Source: a virus
Length of the DNA stretch: 64,000 nucleotides
IMG/VR virus record: IMGVR_UViG_3300020157_000001
Location: 1 to 64,000 of that record
Direction: 5' to 3' (one strand)
Shown: positions 31,782 to 40,953 of the stretch, one piece after another
Position numbering within the stretch: position 1 is the first letter of the stretch
How the letters are laid out: each line of letters starts with the position of its first letter
Translations under genes and position numbers: made by a program
Notes under the pieces: model-generated
Databases searched by the model: none
What the model was told of the DNA's origin: nothing
The model's input: only the letters and a program-made list of their open reading frames with translations

Positions 31782-33905
31782 CTACCCCTTAGCGTCGTAC
31801 CAAGACCCAGCATACCCTGCCGAAACTTTGATAGGTATACCCCTAATGATACTCCCATCTCCCATAGCATGTATGATCTTGGGTTCCCATTCTCCTAGTT
31901 CTTCGGTAGGAACTGAGAGAACCAACTCGTCATGTACCTGAATGAGAAGCTTTACATTCGTGTTACGGATGAGCTTGTCCACGTTAACGATTGCCTGCTT
32001 GCACATCTCGGCAGCGGTGCCTTGGACAATAGCGTTCACGGCTTGGCGCTCGGCTGTCATGCGGAGAATACGTATCTTCTCATCGTTTCCAATGAGGTTT
32101 AGGTCAGGAAGTCTACGACGACGACCCCCCATAGTCTCAACATATCCAAGACGACGACCACGAACTACCACTTGTAGTTTCCAGTCTGTCATACCTTGAT
32201 ACGCCCTGTTATATTCCTTAATGACATCCTTAGCCCTGTCAAGGGTGATGACTCCGTTGGTGCTTTCCACCAAGCGCTTAGCTCCTCCACCGAATCCCAT
32301 GAGGAAGTTGGGGGTCTTGCCGTACACCTGACGCTCTTCGGAGGTGACATCATCTACGTGCTTGCCAAGGATAAGGGAAGCTGTGCCAGAGTGAACGTCG
32401 ATACCGCTCAAGAAGATCTTGGTGAGGTTCTTGTCCCCTGAGAACATAGCGAGGATGCGTAGCTCCACCTGATCGTAGTCAGCATCGAACAGCGAGTTGC
32501 CCGGTTCTGCTGTGAACAAGGAGCGTACCTTACCATCACGGGGGATGTTCTGTAGGTTGGGGCCGCTGCTGCTGAGACGGCCTGTAGCCGTGCGGTGCAA
32601 GTGGAACTGCGGGTGCAGTCTGCCTGAGTGGAGCATAGGGAGAAGACCTTCAACATATGTTGACTTCATCTTCGTGAGTTCCTGCCAGCCAAGGAGGTGG
32701 TCAACTACCTCATGCTTACCACGGAAGGACTCTAGTACGTCAGAGTCTACCGATGGGAGGGGGGCAGACTTAGCTCCTCCAGAGGTGAACTTCGTAGCCT
32801 TGAGGCCAAGTCCTCCCTCTTTCTTACCGGAGAATAGAAGCTGTCGCTTGTGCATGTTGGAGTCAGGGTTGAACCCCAGAGGAACGTGAGGGGACATCAG
32901 CAGGAGGAGGTTGTTCATCTCCAGAGTGAGAGACTTACCAAGCTTAGCCATTTCCCGCTTGTTCACCATCACACCAGCCTGCTCCATACGGGCAATAGGT
33001 CCGGTAACGGATATGTCCCCATACATGGCCTTAGTGAGGGAGGGGTGCTTTGTGATCTTACGGACGAGCTGCGAGTAGAGCATCCATGTCCACCGTGCGT
33101 CAAGATGCACGTAGTAACAAGCCTTGCTGAACGATATGTTCTCCATATCAGCACCCAGCTTGCCGTCACGATAGTACGGCGACCATTGCTCAAACTGGTT
33201 GCCGATCACCTTCTCCAGCGAGTAGCTCATCAGGTTCTCGCTGGTGATATGCATAAGGATCATGGTGTCGATGAGGCTGCCCTCAGGCATCCCACCGATG
33301 CTCTTAGCAATCGACCTAGCGTCGAACTTGATATTGTGCCCGACCTTAGGTATAGACGGGTCTAAGAACAGGGGGGCTAATGCACCCCATACTTCTGAGG
33401 GAGAGAGTTGCGTTGGGGGAGGGAGGAAGGTTCCCGGTACGAAGTACTTAGCCTTGGCTCCTGACTCCTTACCCGATGCAAGGACGGCGCGCATACCTAG
33501 AGGGGGCACAGTAGTACCATCGCCCCGCTCAGGAGGAGTAAGCATCTCACCGTGGGGATGAGTCATAGGGATAGCCCACGACTGCCCACGCACAGAGATA
33601 CCAATCCAAGTGACCTCGTTACGCAGAGGGTCTAGCGCCAGACTCTTCGTCCATGCCGCTTCCACTACCTGCTTGCTGCGAGCTATAACTGAGAGGTTGG
33701 TTGCCTTTAGCTCAGCCTGCTTGACGAGCCATTCCCGCTCAACCTCTTGGATGACTTCGGGATGGTTGTAGATGTTGCCGCGTGTCTCTACGTCAAAACA
33801 GAAGATACCTTCCGTAGTGATAGCGTCTACAACCTCTTGTAATGCTTCGGAGGTCGATACGTAGGGGGGCGTTGCCCCCCTACGTACCTCAGTTGGGTTG
33901 ACCAT
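31782..33905 (-). CDS. polA: DNA polymerase family A with 3'-5' exonuclease
   Basis: FDVET, GHNIKFD, TATGRLSSSGPNLQNIP, DYDQVELR (A), R...KTPNF (B), QVHDEL (C). Confidence 0.95.
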   Translation of the reverse strand: MVNPTEVRRGATPPYVSTSEALQEVVDAITTEGIFCFDVETRGNIYNHPEVIQEVEREWLVKQAELKATNLSVIARSKQVVEAAWTKSLALDPLRNEVTWIGISVRGQSWAIPMTHPHGEMLTPPERGDGTTVPPLGMRAVLASGKESGAKAKYFVPGTFLPPPTQLSPSEVWGALAPLFLDPSIPKVGHNIKFDARSIAKSIGGMPEGSLIDTMILMHITSENLMSYSLEKVIGNQFEQWSPYYRDGKLGADMENISFSKACYYVHLDARWTWMLYSQLVRKITKHPSLTKAMYGDISVTGPIARMEQAGVMVNKREMAKLGKSLTLEMNNLLLLMSPHVPLGFNPDSNMHKRQLLFSGKKEGGLGLKATKFTSGGAKSAPLPSVDSDVLESFRGKHEVVDHLLGWQELTKMKSTYVEGLLPMLHSGRLHPQFHLHRTATGRLSSSGPNLQNIPRDGKVRSLFTAEPGNSLFDADYDQVELRILAMFSGDKNLTKIFLSGIDVHSGTASLILGKHVDDVTSEERQVYGKTPNFLMGFGGGAKRLVESTNGVITLDRAKDVIKEYNRAYQGMTDWKLQVVVRGRRLGYVETMGGRRRRLPDLNLIGNDEKIRILRMTAERQAVNAIVQGTAAEMCKQAIVNVDKLIRNTNVKLLIQVHDELVLSVPTEELGEWEPKIIHAMGDGSIIRGIPIKVSAGYAGSWYDAKG

Positions 33906-33912
33906 CTTGTGG

Positions 33913-34617
33913 TCAGTCCGCTCCAATATCCTCTGCGGCAATAGCCTGCAAAGTCTTACGTGGAGTGATCTGAATGATGGAGTTGCTGTACACAGTCTTG
34001 CTCAACTCGCTGAGTTGTGTAGCTGTGAGTGGGGCGTAGTCAGGCCAGTCTTCCTCAACGTCACGCTCCTTGACCAACTGAATGGCTGTGGCAGCGGAAC
34101 CCTTTTTACCAGTCAAGGTGCAAGCCCAATAGTTCTTGCTCAGAGGACCTTGGGTTGGATTGTTGTGGAAGTTCTTCAACTGATCCAGCACTCGGGGGCC
34201 AACGTCGAAGCTACGACGGACAGCACCGCCGCCCTTCTCCATGAGGAGGACGTTGAATGAGAAGCGTGCGCTTGGGCGGTCGCCAGCATCGCACAGAGGG
34301 CAACCGCTAGGGTCAACCGATGCGAGGCACGTGAACGACTTCTGTCCCGAACGCTCAATCCAGTGCTGGTGGTAGCTGGCGTATGGATCATCCTCATCGA
34401 ACTTGATAAGGACAGGGACGGATGAGAGCTTCAAACGCTGGGCGAATGGGCTGTCAGCCGCAATGACTGAATCGGCTGCTCCCCAGCCACGCTTGATAAC
34501 CCGATTCGCTGTAGCAGCGACCTCAGGGCTAACTTGCTCACGCTCTGGAGCGGAGGGAGGAGTGTCGATCTCCTCGGTGGATACTGCACTATCGTCGGTG
34601 TCGTCGTAACGGCCCAT
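33913..34617 (-). CDS. Single-stranded DNA-binding protein (gp32-like, Zn)
   Basis: HQHW...FTC...CPLC...FSFNV; adjacent to the polymerase. Confidence 0.65.
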   Translation of the reverse strand: MGRYDDTDDSAVSTEEIDTPPSAPEREQVSPEVAATANRVIKRGWGAADSVIAADSPFAQRLKLSSVPVLIKFDEDDPYASYHQHWIERSGQKSFTCLASVDPSGCPLCDAGDRPSARFSFNVLLMEKGGGAVRRSFDVGPRVLDQLKNFHNNPTQGPLSKNYWACTLTGKKGSAATAIQLVKERDVEEDWPDYAPLTATQLSELSKTVYSNSIIQITPRKTLQAIAAEDIGAD

Positions 34618-34641
34618 GGTCTTCTCGTTTCTTGGAGTGTC

Positions 34642-35091
34642 TTAGGTAGTTGGGTATTGCTTGAGGTGCTGAATGAAACCAGTCCAGTCAGCGGTATTCG
34701 GTACGTCCAGTCGGAACTGATCGAACGCTTCGATCAAGTATACCACTTGATCTTGGGTGTACAATCGTCGCCCTTTGACTGGCTTACCTCCTAGGGTAGC
34801 ACCTTCGGGGGGGCGTGTCCTAATCTTAGGACGAGGCAACCACCCTTTGAGTTCCCATGATCGGATGGTCACAGGCTTTCTACCAAGGACTTTAGATACC
34901 GCCCCGATGGTGTAGCACTGTTGGGCTACTCCACCAACAGAGTACAGCTTAGAGGGAAGTTCGTTGAGAAACACAACCTTATCGTTCTTCGGAGGAAGTT
35001 CCCCACCCTTACGATTACGTGGGGTAGTACCACCGGGATAGTCTTTCGTATCCGTATCAGGGTTGTTGAACATGTCTAGTGGATCTCGCAC
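34642..35091 (-). CDS. MerR-like HTH DNA-binding protein
   Basis: YTIGAVSKVLGRKPVTIRSWELKGWLP...RRLYT; start uncertain. Confidence 0.8.
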   Translation of the reverse strand: MRDPLDMFNNPDTDTKDYPGGTTPRNRKGGELPPKNDKVVFLNELPSKLYSVGGVAQQCYTIGAVSKVLGRKPVTIRSWELKGWLPRPKIRTRPPEGATLGGKPVKGRRLYTQDQVVYLIEAFDQFRLDVPNTADWTGFIQHLKQYPTT

Positions 35092-35093
35092 GG

Positions 35094-35501
35094 TCAGTAC
35101 TCGTACTTCTTCTGAGGTGTGGGGGCGGCGAACGCCCACGTTACCTTCTCGGTATTGAATGAGCGCACGACGCTCTCTACCTCTGGGTGGAGGAATGCGT
35201 AGGCTGCAATCTTGTCAGGGTCAACGAACACCTGAGTTACCGTCGTGGTAACGTCATCAGTGATACCCATTTCCTTGGCCCATGCCTCTGCTGCATCGGC
35301 GTTCCAGAACTTGGATACACGACGCTCACGCTTGAGCAGGTATTCGCCCCCGGCCAGCCAGTAATGCCCTGACGAGTCCTGCTCTCCTGCTTTTTCCACT
35401 TGTGCCATGAGCATGTTCTTGAGTTCATCTTTACGCTCCGTGGCTGCTTTAACGTGTGCGGTCTGCTTCAGGTACTCTTCTGCGAGTCGGTCGATGTTCA
35501 T
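35094..35501 (-). CDS. Hypothetical protein (coiled-coil N-terminus)
   Basis: ATG lies 7 nt after a consensus -10, consistent with a leaderless transcript. Confidence 0.7.
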   Translation of the reverse strand: MNIDRLAEEYLKQTAHVKAATERKDELKNMLMAQVEKAGEQDSSGHYWLAGGEYLLKRERRVSKFWNADAAEAWAKEMGITDDVTTTVTQVFVDPDKIAAYAFLHPEVESVVRSFNTEKVTWAFAAPTPQKKYEY

Positions 35502-35508
35502 GGACGAG

Positions 35509-35537
35509 ACCATACTCCCGCTATCGAAGAAAGTCAA
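35509..35537 (-). promoter_or_regulatory. SigA-type promoter (probably leaderless)
   Basis: TTGACT-N17-TATGGT, then 7 nt to ATG 35501. Confidence 0.7.
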
Positions 35538-35540
35538 TCA

Positions 35541-37082
35541 CTAAACAGTAGATTCTTTTAAGAATGTTGTGAGGGTGCCTACGTCGATGCTCATAGCACC
35601 TTGCTCGTCTTGGTGCTTACCGTCCACGAAGGCTTCGTTGACCTGCCGCTTGTGCATGAGCATCTCGTACTGGCGCTCTTCGATGCTGCCCTGCATGACA
35701 AAGCTGACAATGTTAACGTGCGGAAAGGTAGATGATAGCCGTATGATACGCGCCTCTCGCTGTTCTAACTTACCGCTTGACCACGGGAGGTCGTAGCTGA
35801 TAAGGAAGTTAGCCATAGGGAGGTCAACGCCATACCCTCCAGCGTCAGACGATAGGAAGAGACGACACTTGGGGTCGGTAGCGAACTTCTGCTTTGCCTG
35901 ATCTCTAGCCTCTGCTGGCATACCTCCCATGAATAGGACGCTGCCAGTCATGTGGGAGGTGGCCTCTTGGATGAGGCGTAGGTTCTTCTTGAAGAAGGAG
36001 AAGAGGACTACCTTGTTCTTGGGGTCTTCCGACAGTACCTCTTCGATGAATTCTACGACTGCCTCTAGCTTGGGAGACTTAGCCACCCCACTCATCCAGC
36101 CCTCATCCACGATGTCAGATGCGTAAGCGCTGCCCATCGTCGTGGCAGGGTTCTTGTAGTCCGTGGCTGACCCTGTGACTAGAGCGGGGTTGTCGCAGAG
36201 CATACGCAAGACAGTTAGGCGAGCCATGATCTGACCCTGCGCTTCGTTGTCATCCCCACCGTTGTAGTGGGCAAACAGGCTAAATCCCCCACCGGCCTTA
36301 CGCATCACTGCTGAAAGCTGCGCTAGTAGGTCATTTGATATACGTCGATATGCCTCGGCACCCTTGCTGTCAAACGAAACTGGTACAACTGTGTGAATGA
36401 TTTTGGGGAGCTGATCCGCAATGTCTTCTCTTGTCTTACGCACCATACAGTCTTTCATAGCGGTATACATAACGGGTAAGTTGACGTACTTTAGCGCCTT
36501 GCCCCAGTGATCTCTACGAATAAACGTGCTATCAAATAGCTGGAAAGACCCTAATACATCCTTGTCTACGAACTCCATGATGGAGAACAGTTCTTCGGGG
36601 CGGTTCTCAATGGGCTGTCCCGTCAGGGCGTAGCGGTAGTGAATCGTCTTCCCAATCTTCTTGAGCAGCTTGGAGCGCTTGCTCGTACGGTTCTTAATCA
36701 TGGTGGCTTCGTCAATAATCATCGCCCCGAAGGTACCCATGAACTTCTGATCGTTGACGAGAGTCTCTGGGTTGACGATGACATAGCGAGAGCCGATGCT
36801 CATACGCCATGCCTTCTCACGCTGTGCTGGGCTACCGTCGATGACCGTTGCCTTAGCGTCTGTGAACTTAGCGATCTCTCGTAGCCACTGGAACTTGAGG
36901 CTAGCGGGGACGACAACTAGGCAGCGGTCTACCTCGCCTTGATCGTGCAGTTCCTCTAACGCAGAAAGGGTGATGACAGTTTTGCCACCACCCATCACTA
37001 CGCCAAGGAGCATCTGACCTCTATCTACCATGCGATCTTTAGCGTCCTGCTGGTATGGCCAGAGGGTTCCGTTAAAGGTCAT
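35541..37082 (-). CDS. SNF2-family helicase
   Basis: MGGGKT, IDEAT, LTGQPIEN, AGGYGVDL, QREARIIR. Confidence 0.9.
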   Translation of the reverse strand: MTFNGTLWPYQQDAKDRMVDRGQMLLGVVMGGGKTVITLSALEELHDQGEVDRCLVVVPASLKFQWLREIAKFTDAKATVIDGSPAQREKAWRMSIGSRYVIVNPETLVNDQKFMGTFGAMIIDEATMIKNRTSKRSKLLKKIGKTIHYRYALTGQPIENRPEELFSIMEFVDKDVLGSFQLFDSTFIRRDHWGKALKYVNLPVMYTAMKDCMVRKTREDIADQLPKIIHTVVPVSFDSKGAEAYRRISNDLLAQLSAVMRKAGGGFSLFAHYNGGDDNEAQGQIMARLTVLRMLCDNPALVTGSATDYKNPATTMGSAYASDIVDEGWMSGVAKSPKLEAVVEFIEEVLSEDPKNKVVLFSFFKKNLRLIQEATSHMTGSVLFMGGMPAEARDQAKQKFATDPKCRLFLSSDAGGYGVDLPMANFLISYDLPWSSGKLEQREARIIRLSSTFPHVNIVSFVMQGSIEERQYEMLMHKRQVNEAFVDGKHQDEQGAMSIDVGTLTTFLKESTV

Positions 37083-38014
37083 GGGCAGAGCTTCGTGGTT
37101 TTGAACCCTGTGATCTGGGCATCCTGCATATCGCCAACATCCTTATCGGTAGAACCCTTGTAATCCCAGTACGACACACCCTTGCGAAAGGGTAGGCGCA
37201 GCTTAGCGAGACGACGGGTCTCCATAAGGCCAGCCTTATCTACGTATGGATTATCAAGTGCCATGATAAGTCTATCAAACCTTGACAACAGCAATGTAAT
37301 TTGATCTGATGACACATTGGCTCCAAAAGATGCAACAGGGGAGATATCGGTAGTATCCATAAGCCCTGCAAACCTTACGACATCTAAGGGGGACTCCATG
37401 AGCAGGGCGGTATGGCCTGTTGCTTGGGCGATACCGAACAATGTGCGACCCTTGTGTACACCTGTGGGCACGTTGACGAACCTGCCTACCCGCTTGCCTT
37501 GCCACCCCATAAGCTCACCGAGGGGGGACACGATAGGAATGATCGTCATGTTCTCTTCGGTGCCGCTCTTGTCAATGGCTACCCCGCCCCACCGGACACC
37601 AAACTTGCGTACGGTATCTCCGTCGAGTTGACGTAGGTCAATGATCGACTGAGGGAGGGGGGAGAACTGGGCGTACTTGATCCAGTCAACAGCTACTGCT
37701 GGTTCCTCCCACTCGTCAGAACGGGTAAGCCTGTCAATACCATTGCGTATGAGCAAGGTATTGATAGCCATGATGCTGTCAGGGTTACCAGTGATCTGGC
37801 TGACGAGGACGGGGAGGTTGCCTCGCGCCCCACAGGTGAAGCAATGCCACAGACCTGAGTCGGTGTTCATGTACCAAGAGTAGCGAGACGACTCTCGCCC
37901 CTTGGTCAGATGGTGGACGGGGCAGCGACCATTGATCTCGTCCCCTGACACACGCTTTACGTCCACACCTAGATCCATGATGATGGTGGCTAGGTCTTGT
38001 GCCCGTTCAGTCAT
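37079..38014 (-). CDS. DNA primase (CHC2 Zn finger plus TOPRIM)
   Basis: CPVH...HCFTC; MESPLD; ALDN...DKAG; KDVGD. Confidence 0.88.
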   Translation of the reverse strand: MTERAQDLATIIMDLGVDVKRVSGDEINGRCPVHHLTKGRESSRYSWYMNTDSGLWHCFTCGARGNLPVLVSQITGNPDSIMAINTLLIRNGIDRLTRSDEWEEPAVAVDWIKYAQFSPLPQSIIDLRQLDGDTVRKFGVRWGGVAIDKSGTEENMTIIPIVSPLGELMGWQGKRVGRFVNVPTGVHKGRTLFGIAQATGHTALLMESPLDVVRFAGLMDTTDISPVASFGANVSSDQITLLLSRFDRLIMALDNPYVDKAGLMETRRLAKLRLPFRKGVSYWDYKGSTDKDVGDMQDAQITGFKTTKLCP

Positions 38015-39263
38015 ACGTCTCGTCCATGCCCTCTACGTCGTCCTCATGCACCTCAGAGAACTCCATAGTCTGCCAGTCCCATTTGATATGCACTTCTCCA
38101 CGGGGGGCAGTACGGGCTTCGACAACACGGATGATGGACTGGTTGTCGATGTCAGGGTTGCGCTCCACACCAAGTACCAAGTCTGCGTCCTGACCCATAG
38201 CGGATGAGTAGCCAATGGCATCGGCGGTAATCGCACGCGTACGCTTGTTGTTCAATTTCCAACCAAGAGCCTGCGTGGTACCAATGATAGGGATATCAAA
38301 CCTCTGGCATAGACGCTTCATCCCTCGGGATACATTAGTGAGCGCTTGCGGGCTACCCTTTGGCTCACCGTTCTGATCGTCCATCAGATACATACCGTCA
38401 ACCACCACCATGTCAGGCTTCATCTCCTGAATCTTTCCGGCAATAGCATCGACGGTGGTGAGGCTGGACGAGTCTTCGGAGAACATGAACGGATGCATGT
38501 TCTTACGAGCGACCATCATGTCGTGGATACGAGTCATCTCTGCGTTGCTCATATCGCCACTAAGGATTCTGTCGTAGGGGACTTGAGCGTTGAGAGCGTC
38601 CAGACGAGAGGCTTGCTCCTCGCTACTCATCTCAAACGAAATGAGTAGAGGCTTCTTGCCGTGACGGTGACATGCCTCTGCCATGATGAGAACGATCAAG
38701 CTCTTACCACGTTTCTGCTCTCCTGCTACCACGATGAACTGCTGGGGGCGCAGACCCTGAGTGATACGGTCTAGACCGTCGAACCCTGTAGGGATGCCTC
38801 GCAGCGTGTTCGGGTTAGCGCGCATGAACTCGTAGCGTGCAAAGCGATCTTCCCACGTAGAGATTACGTCGATGTCCCGTAGGCGGCTGGCCTCAACGGA
38901 TGCCTTCTGCAATCCTTTGGAGAGGATAGACATAGCGCCGTCAACGTCATCAGCCTCAAGGCTGTTCATGGCGTTAGCTGTAGCCTCAAGAACTTCCCGC
39001 TGCTTGTACGCAGTAAGGATCTCCTCAAAGAGTCCGCTGAATGTTTCGTCGGATGAGTCAAGAACCTCTACGTCACCGAACTGAGAATTGAATGCACGCA
39101 CAGACGGCACCGCTGCGTGCTTGCTGTTGTAGTCAAGTATCCATAGGTACTTCGGCTCCCAGATAGGAGAGAAGTGGAACGGCTTGATGCCAGCCTTTAC
39201 CGACTCAGTGAGCGACTGTAGCTCAATGATCTTGGAGATAGCTAGGTGCTCATGTGAGGCCAT
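38007..39263 (-). CDS. dnaB: DnaB-like replicative helicase
   Basis: GIPTGF..LD..T.GL, GEQKRGKS, SFEMS, VVVDGMYLM, QDADLVL. Confidence 0.92.
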   Translation of the reverse strand: MASHEHLAISKIIELQSLTESVKAGIKPFHFSPIWEPKYLWILDYNSKHAAVPSVRAFNSQFGDVEVLDSSDETFSGLFEEILTAYKQREVLEATANAMNSLEADDVDGAMSILSKGLQKASVEASRLRDIDVISTWEDRFARYEFMRANPNTLRGIPTGFDGLDRITQGLRPQQFIVVAGEQKRGKSLIVLIMAEACHRHGKKPLLISFEMSSEEQASRLDALNAQVPYDRILSGDMSNAEMTRIHDMMVARKNMHPFMFSEDSSSLTTVDAIAGKIQEMKPDMVVVDGMYLMDDQNGEPKGSPQALTNVSRGMKRLCQRFDIPIIGTTQALGWKLNNKRTRAITADAIGYSSAMGQDADLVLGVERNPDIDNQSIIRVVEARTAPRGEVHIKWDWQTMEFSEVHEDDVEGMDETYD

Positions 39264-39718
39264 TAGACCCCCCAAGTTGAGCCGGGGGACATGACTGTAC
39301 AGCGGGGGCCGAAGTAGGCAGCGTCGCTCTCAAACGGGGTGTACAGCGTATGCACATCCCTGTTGTACCTAAAGTCGTCCATGAGTCCCTCTGGGTCTTC
39401 GTATGAGTACACGGTTACGGATATTCCCTTACGTGCCAGCCAGTGCTCAATAGGCTCAATGTAGTCGGAGTCGTAGTACGTGTACACATCGACGTTTATC
39501 TTGAGTTGATTGACCATGTGACTCAACGACTTGATCGGCATCTCAGCGGTCTTCCATGACCGTACCACATCGTCTATCGTTATCCCCTGTTGGGGTACTG
39601 GCTTCTGCCAGAACTTCCTCTTCGCAGCGGGGGCATCCTCTTTAGGTATGAGGATCAGACCCTCAAACATGACAGCCACAGAGCTGGTCAGAAACGATCC
39701 AATGTCATTACCTTCCAC
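39263..39718 (-). CDS. Hypothetical protein (possible degenerate HAD fold)
   Basis: AVMFEGLI strand; fits the operon. Confidence 0.6.
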   Translation of the reverse strand: MEGNDIGSFLTSSVAVMFEGLILIPKEDAPAAKRKFWQKPVPQQGITIDDVVRSWKTAEMPIKSLSHMVNQLKINVDVYTYYDSDYIEPIEHWLARKGISVTVYSYEDPEGLMDDFRYNRDVHTLYTPFESDAAYFGPRCTVMSPGSTWGV

Positions 39719-40319
39719 GGAGAGTCACCATATCCATATCCTTAGTAGGACCTTCCATCCTACTGGTATAGATATGGCGTATGTCTGCCGCTGAGTGCTC
39801 AGAGGTAATAATCGTCGTAAGCATGTGAGCGTGACGGTGACGGATCAAGCTGCCGATCTCATGCTTGGCAAAGTCGGTGAGGCGCTCCTGCCCTAGACCG
39901 TCGATGACGAGGATGTCCCATGTTCCCTTGATGTACTTCAAGAGGTGCTGAGATGAGTACATCTCGGGCAGACCCTCGCTGGAGTCAAAGGAATCTTTCA
40001 CCATGGCAACGTAGTCATCGGTGTCGATGAACCGCCCACTCACCTTGTGGTTCTCCATAAGGGCGGTGAGCACGTTGACTGCCTGAAAGGTCTTGCCAGT
40101 CAATGCGTAGCCCTGAATGAGCAGGCTCTTGCCGGGGGTGTACGAGGCTACCCACTTGTCAACGGCAGCGATGGATGGGTCTTTCCACGTAGGACTGACC
40201 GCACGTGTAGCAATGGCATGGCGAGCGGGAACCTTGGCGTGATAGACACGCTCTTCTAGTGAGCGGTTACGCCACCAGTTACCGCTCTTCCACTCTCTTG
40301 GTGTCTCAAATGATGTCAC
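39708..40319 (-). CDS. DnaC/IstB-like helicase loader ATPase
   Basis: LLIQGYALTGKT, ILVIDGLGQE, TIITS; upstream of dnaB. Confidence 0.82.
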   Translation of the reverse strand: MTSFETPREWKSGNWWRNRSLEERVYHAKVPARHAIATRAVSPTWKDPSIAAVDKWVASYTPGKSLLIQGYALTGKTFQAVNVLTALMENHKVSGRFIDTDDYVAMVKDSFDSSEGLPEMYSSQHLLKYIKGTWDILVIDGLGQERLTDFAKHEIGSLIRHRHAHMLTTIITSEHSAADIRHIYTSRMEGPTKDMDMVTLRGR

Positions 40320-40831
40320 AGGTACTCCACGATGATCTCAAACTTAGCCGTGGGTCCGTCCCGTTCACTGACGATACACCTATGGCGTATCTCTTCATCG
40401 TGTTCGGATGACCAAGGCGGCTGGTCGCTGGGGGGAAGACTATCACTCCGCACGTAGTCATTGGCAATGAATGCCAAGATACGTGGTCGGTACTCAATGG
40501 GGATTGGGTTAGCTGCGAGAAGTTTGTCTTGCACTTCCTTTTTGAGGAAGGTAAGGACGGGGCGCGCAACAGTACCCGCAGTGGTTTCGTAGAAGCTATC
40601 AATAGCCTGTTTGATATGCTCCTCTGATATGCCCCGTTTAATCAGTCGGGACATACCGATGAACAAGATCGTCCTGTCATCTTCGGAGAAGACTTGGTGC
40701 ATCTTGGTCTTGGGGTGGGAGGTGAAGTACTCTCTGAGTACCGCTGCCCTACCTCCAATGGGTTTACTCTTCTTTGCTTTTGGTGCTACAGAAGGGGGGC
40801 TGACATCTTCTGATCCTGCTCCATAGATCAT
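40316..40831 (-). CDS. Hypothetical protein (position typical of a replication initiator)
   Basis: GGAAGG RBS; directly upstream of the loader gene. Confidence 0.6.
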   Translation of the reverse strand: MIYGAGSEDVSPPSVAPKAKKSKPIGGRAAVLREYFTSHPKTKMHQVFSEDDRTILFIGMSRLIKRGISEEHIKQAIDSFYETTAGTVARPVLTFLKKEVQDKLLAANPIPIEYRPRILAFIANDYVRSDSLPPSDQPPWSSEHDEEIRHRCIVSERDGPTAKFEIIVEYL

Positions 40832-40850
40832 ATGTGCCTTCCATGAGAAA

Positions 40851-40950
40851 TTGAGGGGCGGGGGGAAAGGAGGGGAATCCTACTCAGTCACGTGCCGATG
40901 CTGGTACGGATACCCTCTTCACCCTTGCGGAAGAAGCCCCCGCCCCTCAA
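40851..40950 (-). ncRNA. Candidate structured RNA/DNA element (three-way junction)
   Basis: Perfect 14-bp closing inverted repeat (40851-40864/40937-40950) enclosing a GCAA-tetraloop hairpin and a long imperfect stem. Confidence 0.45.
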
Positions 40951-40953
40951 GAC

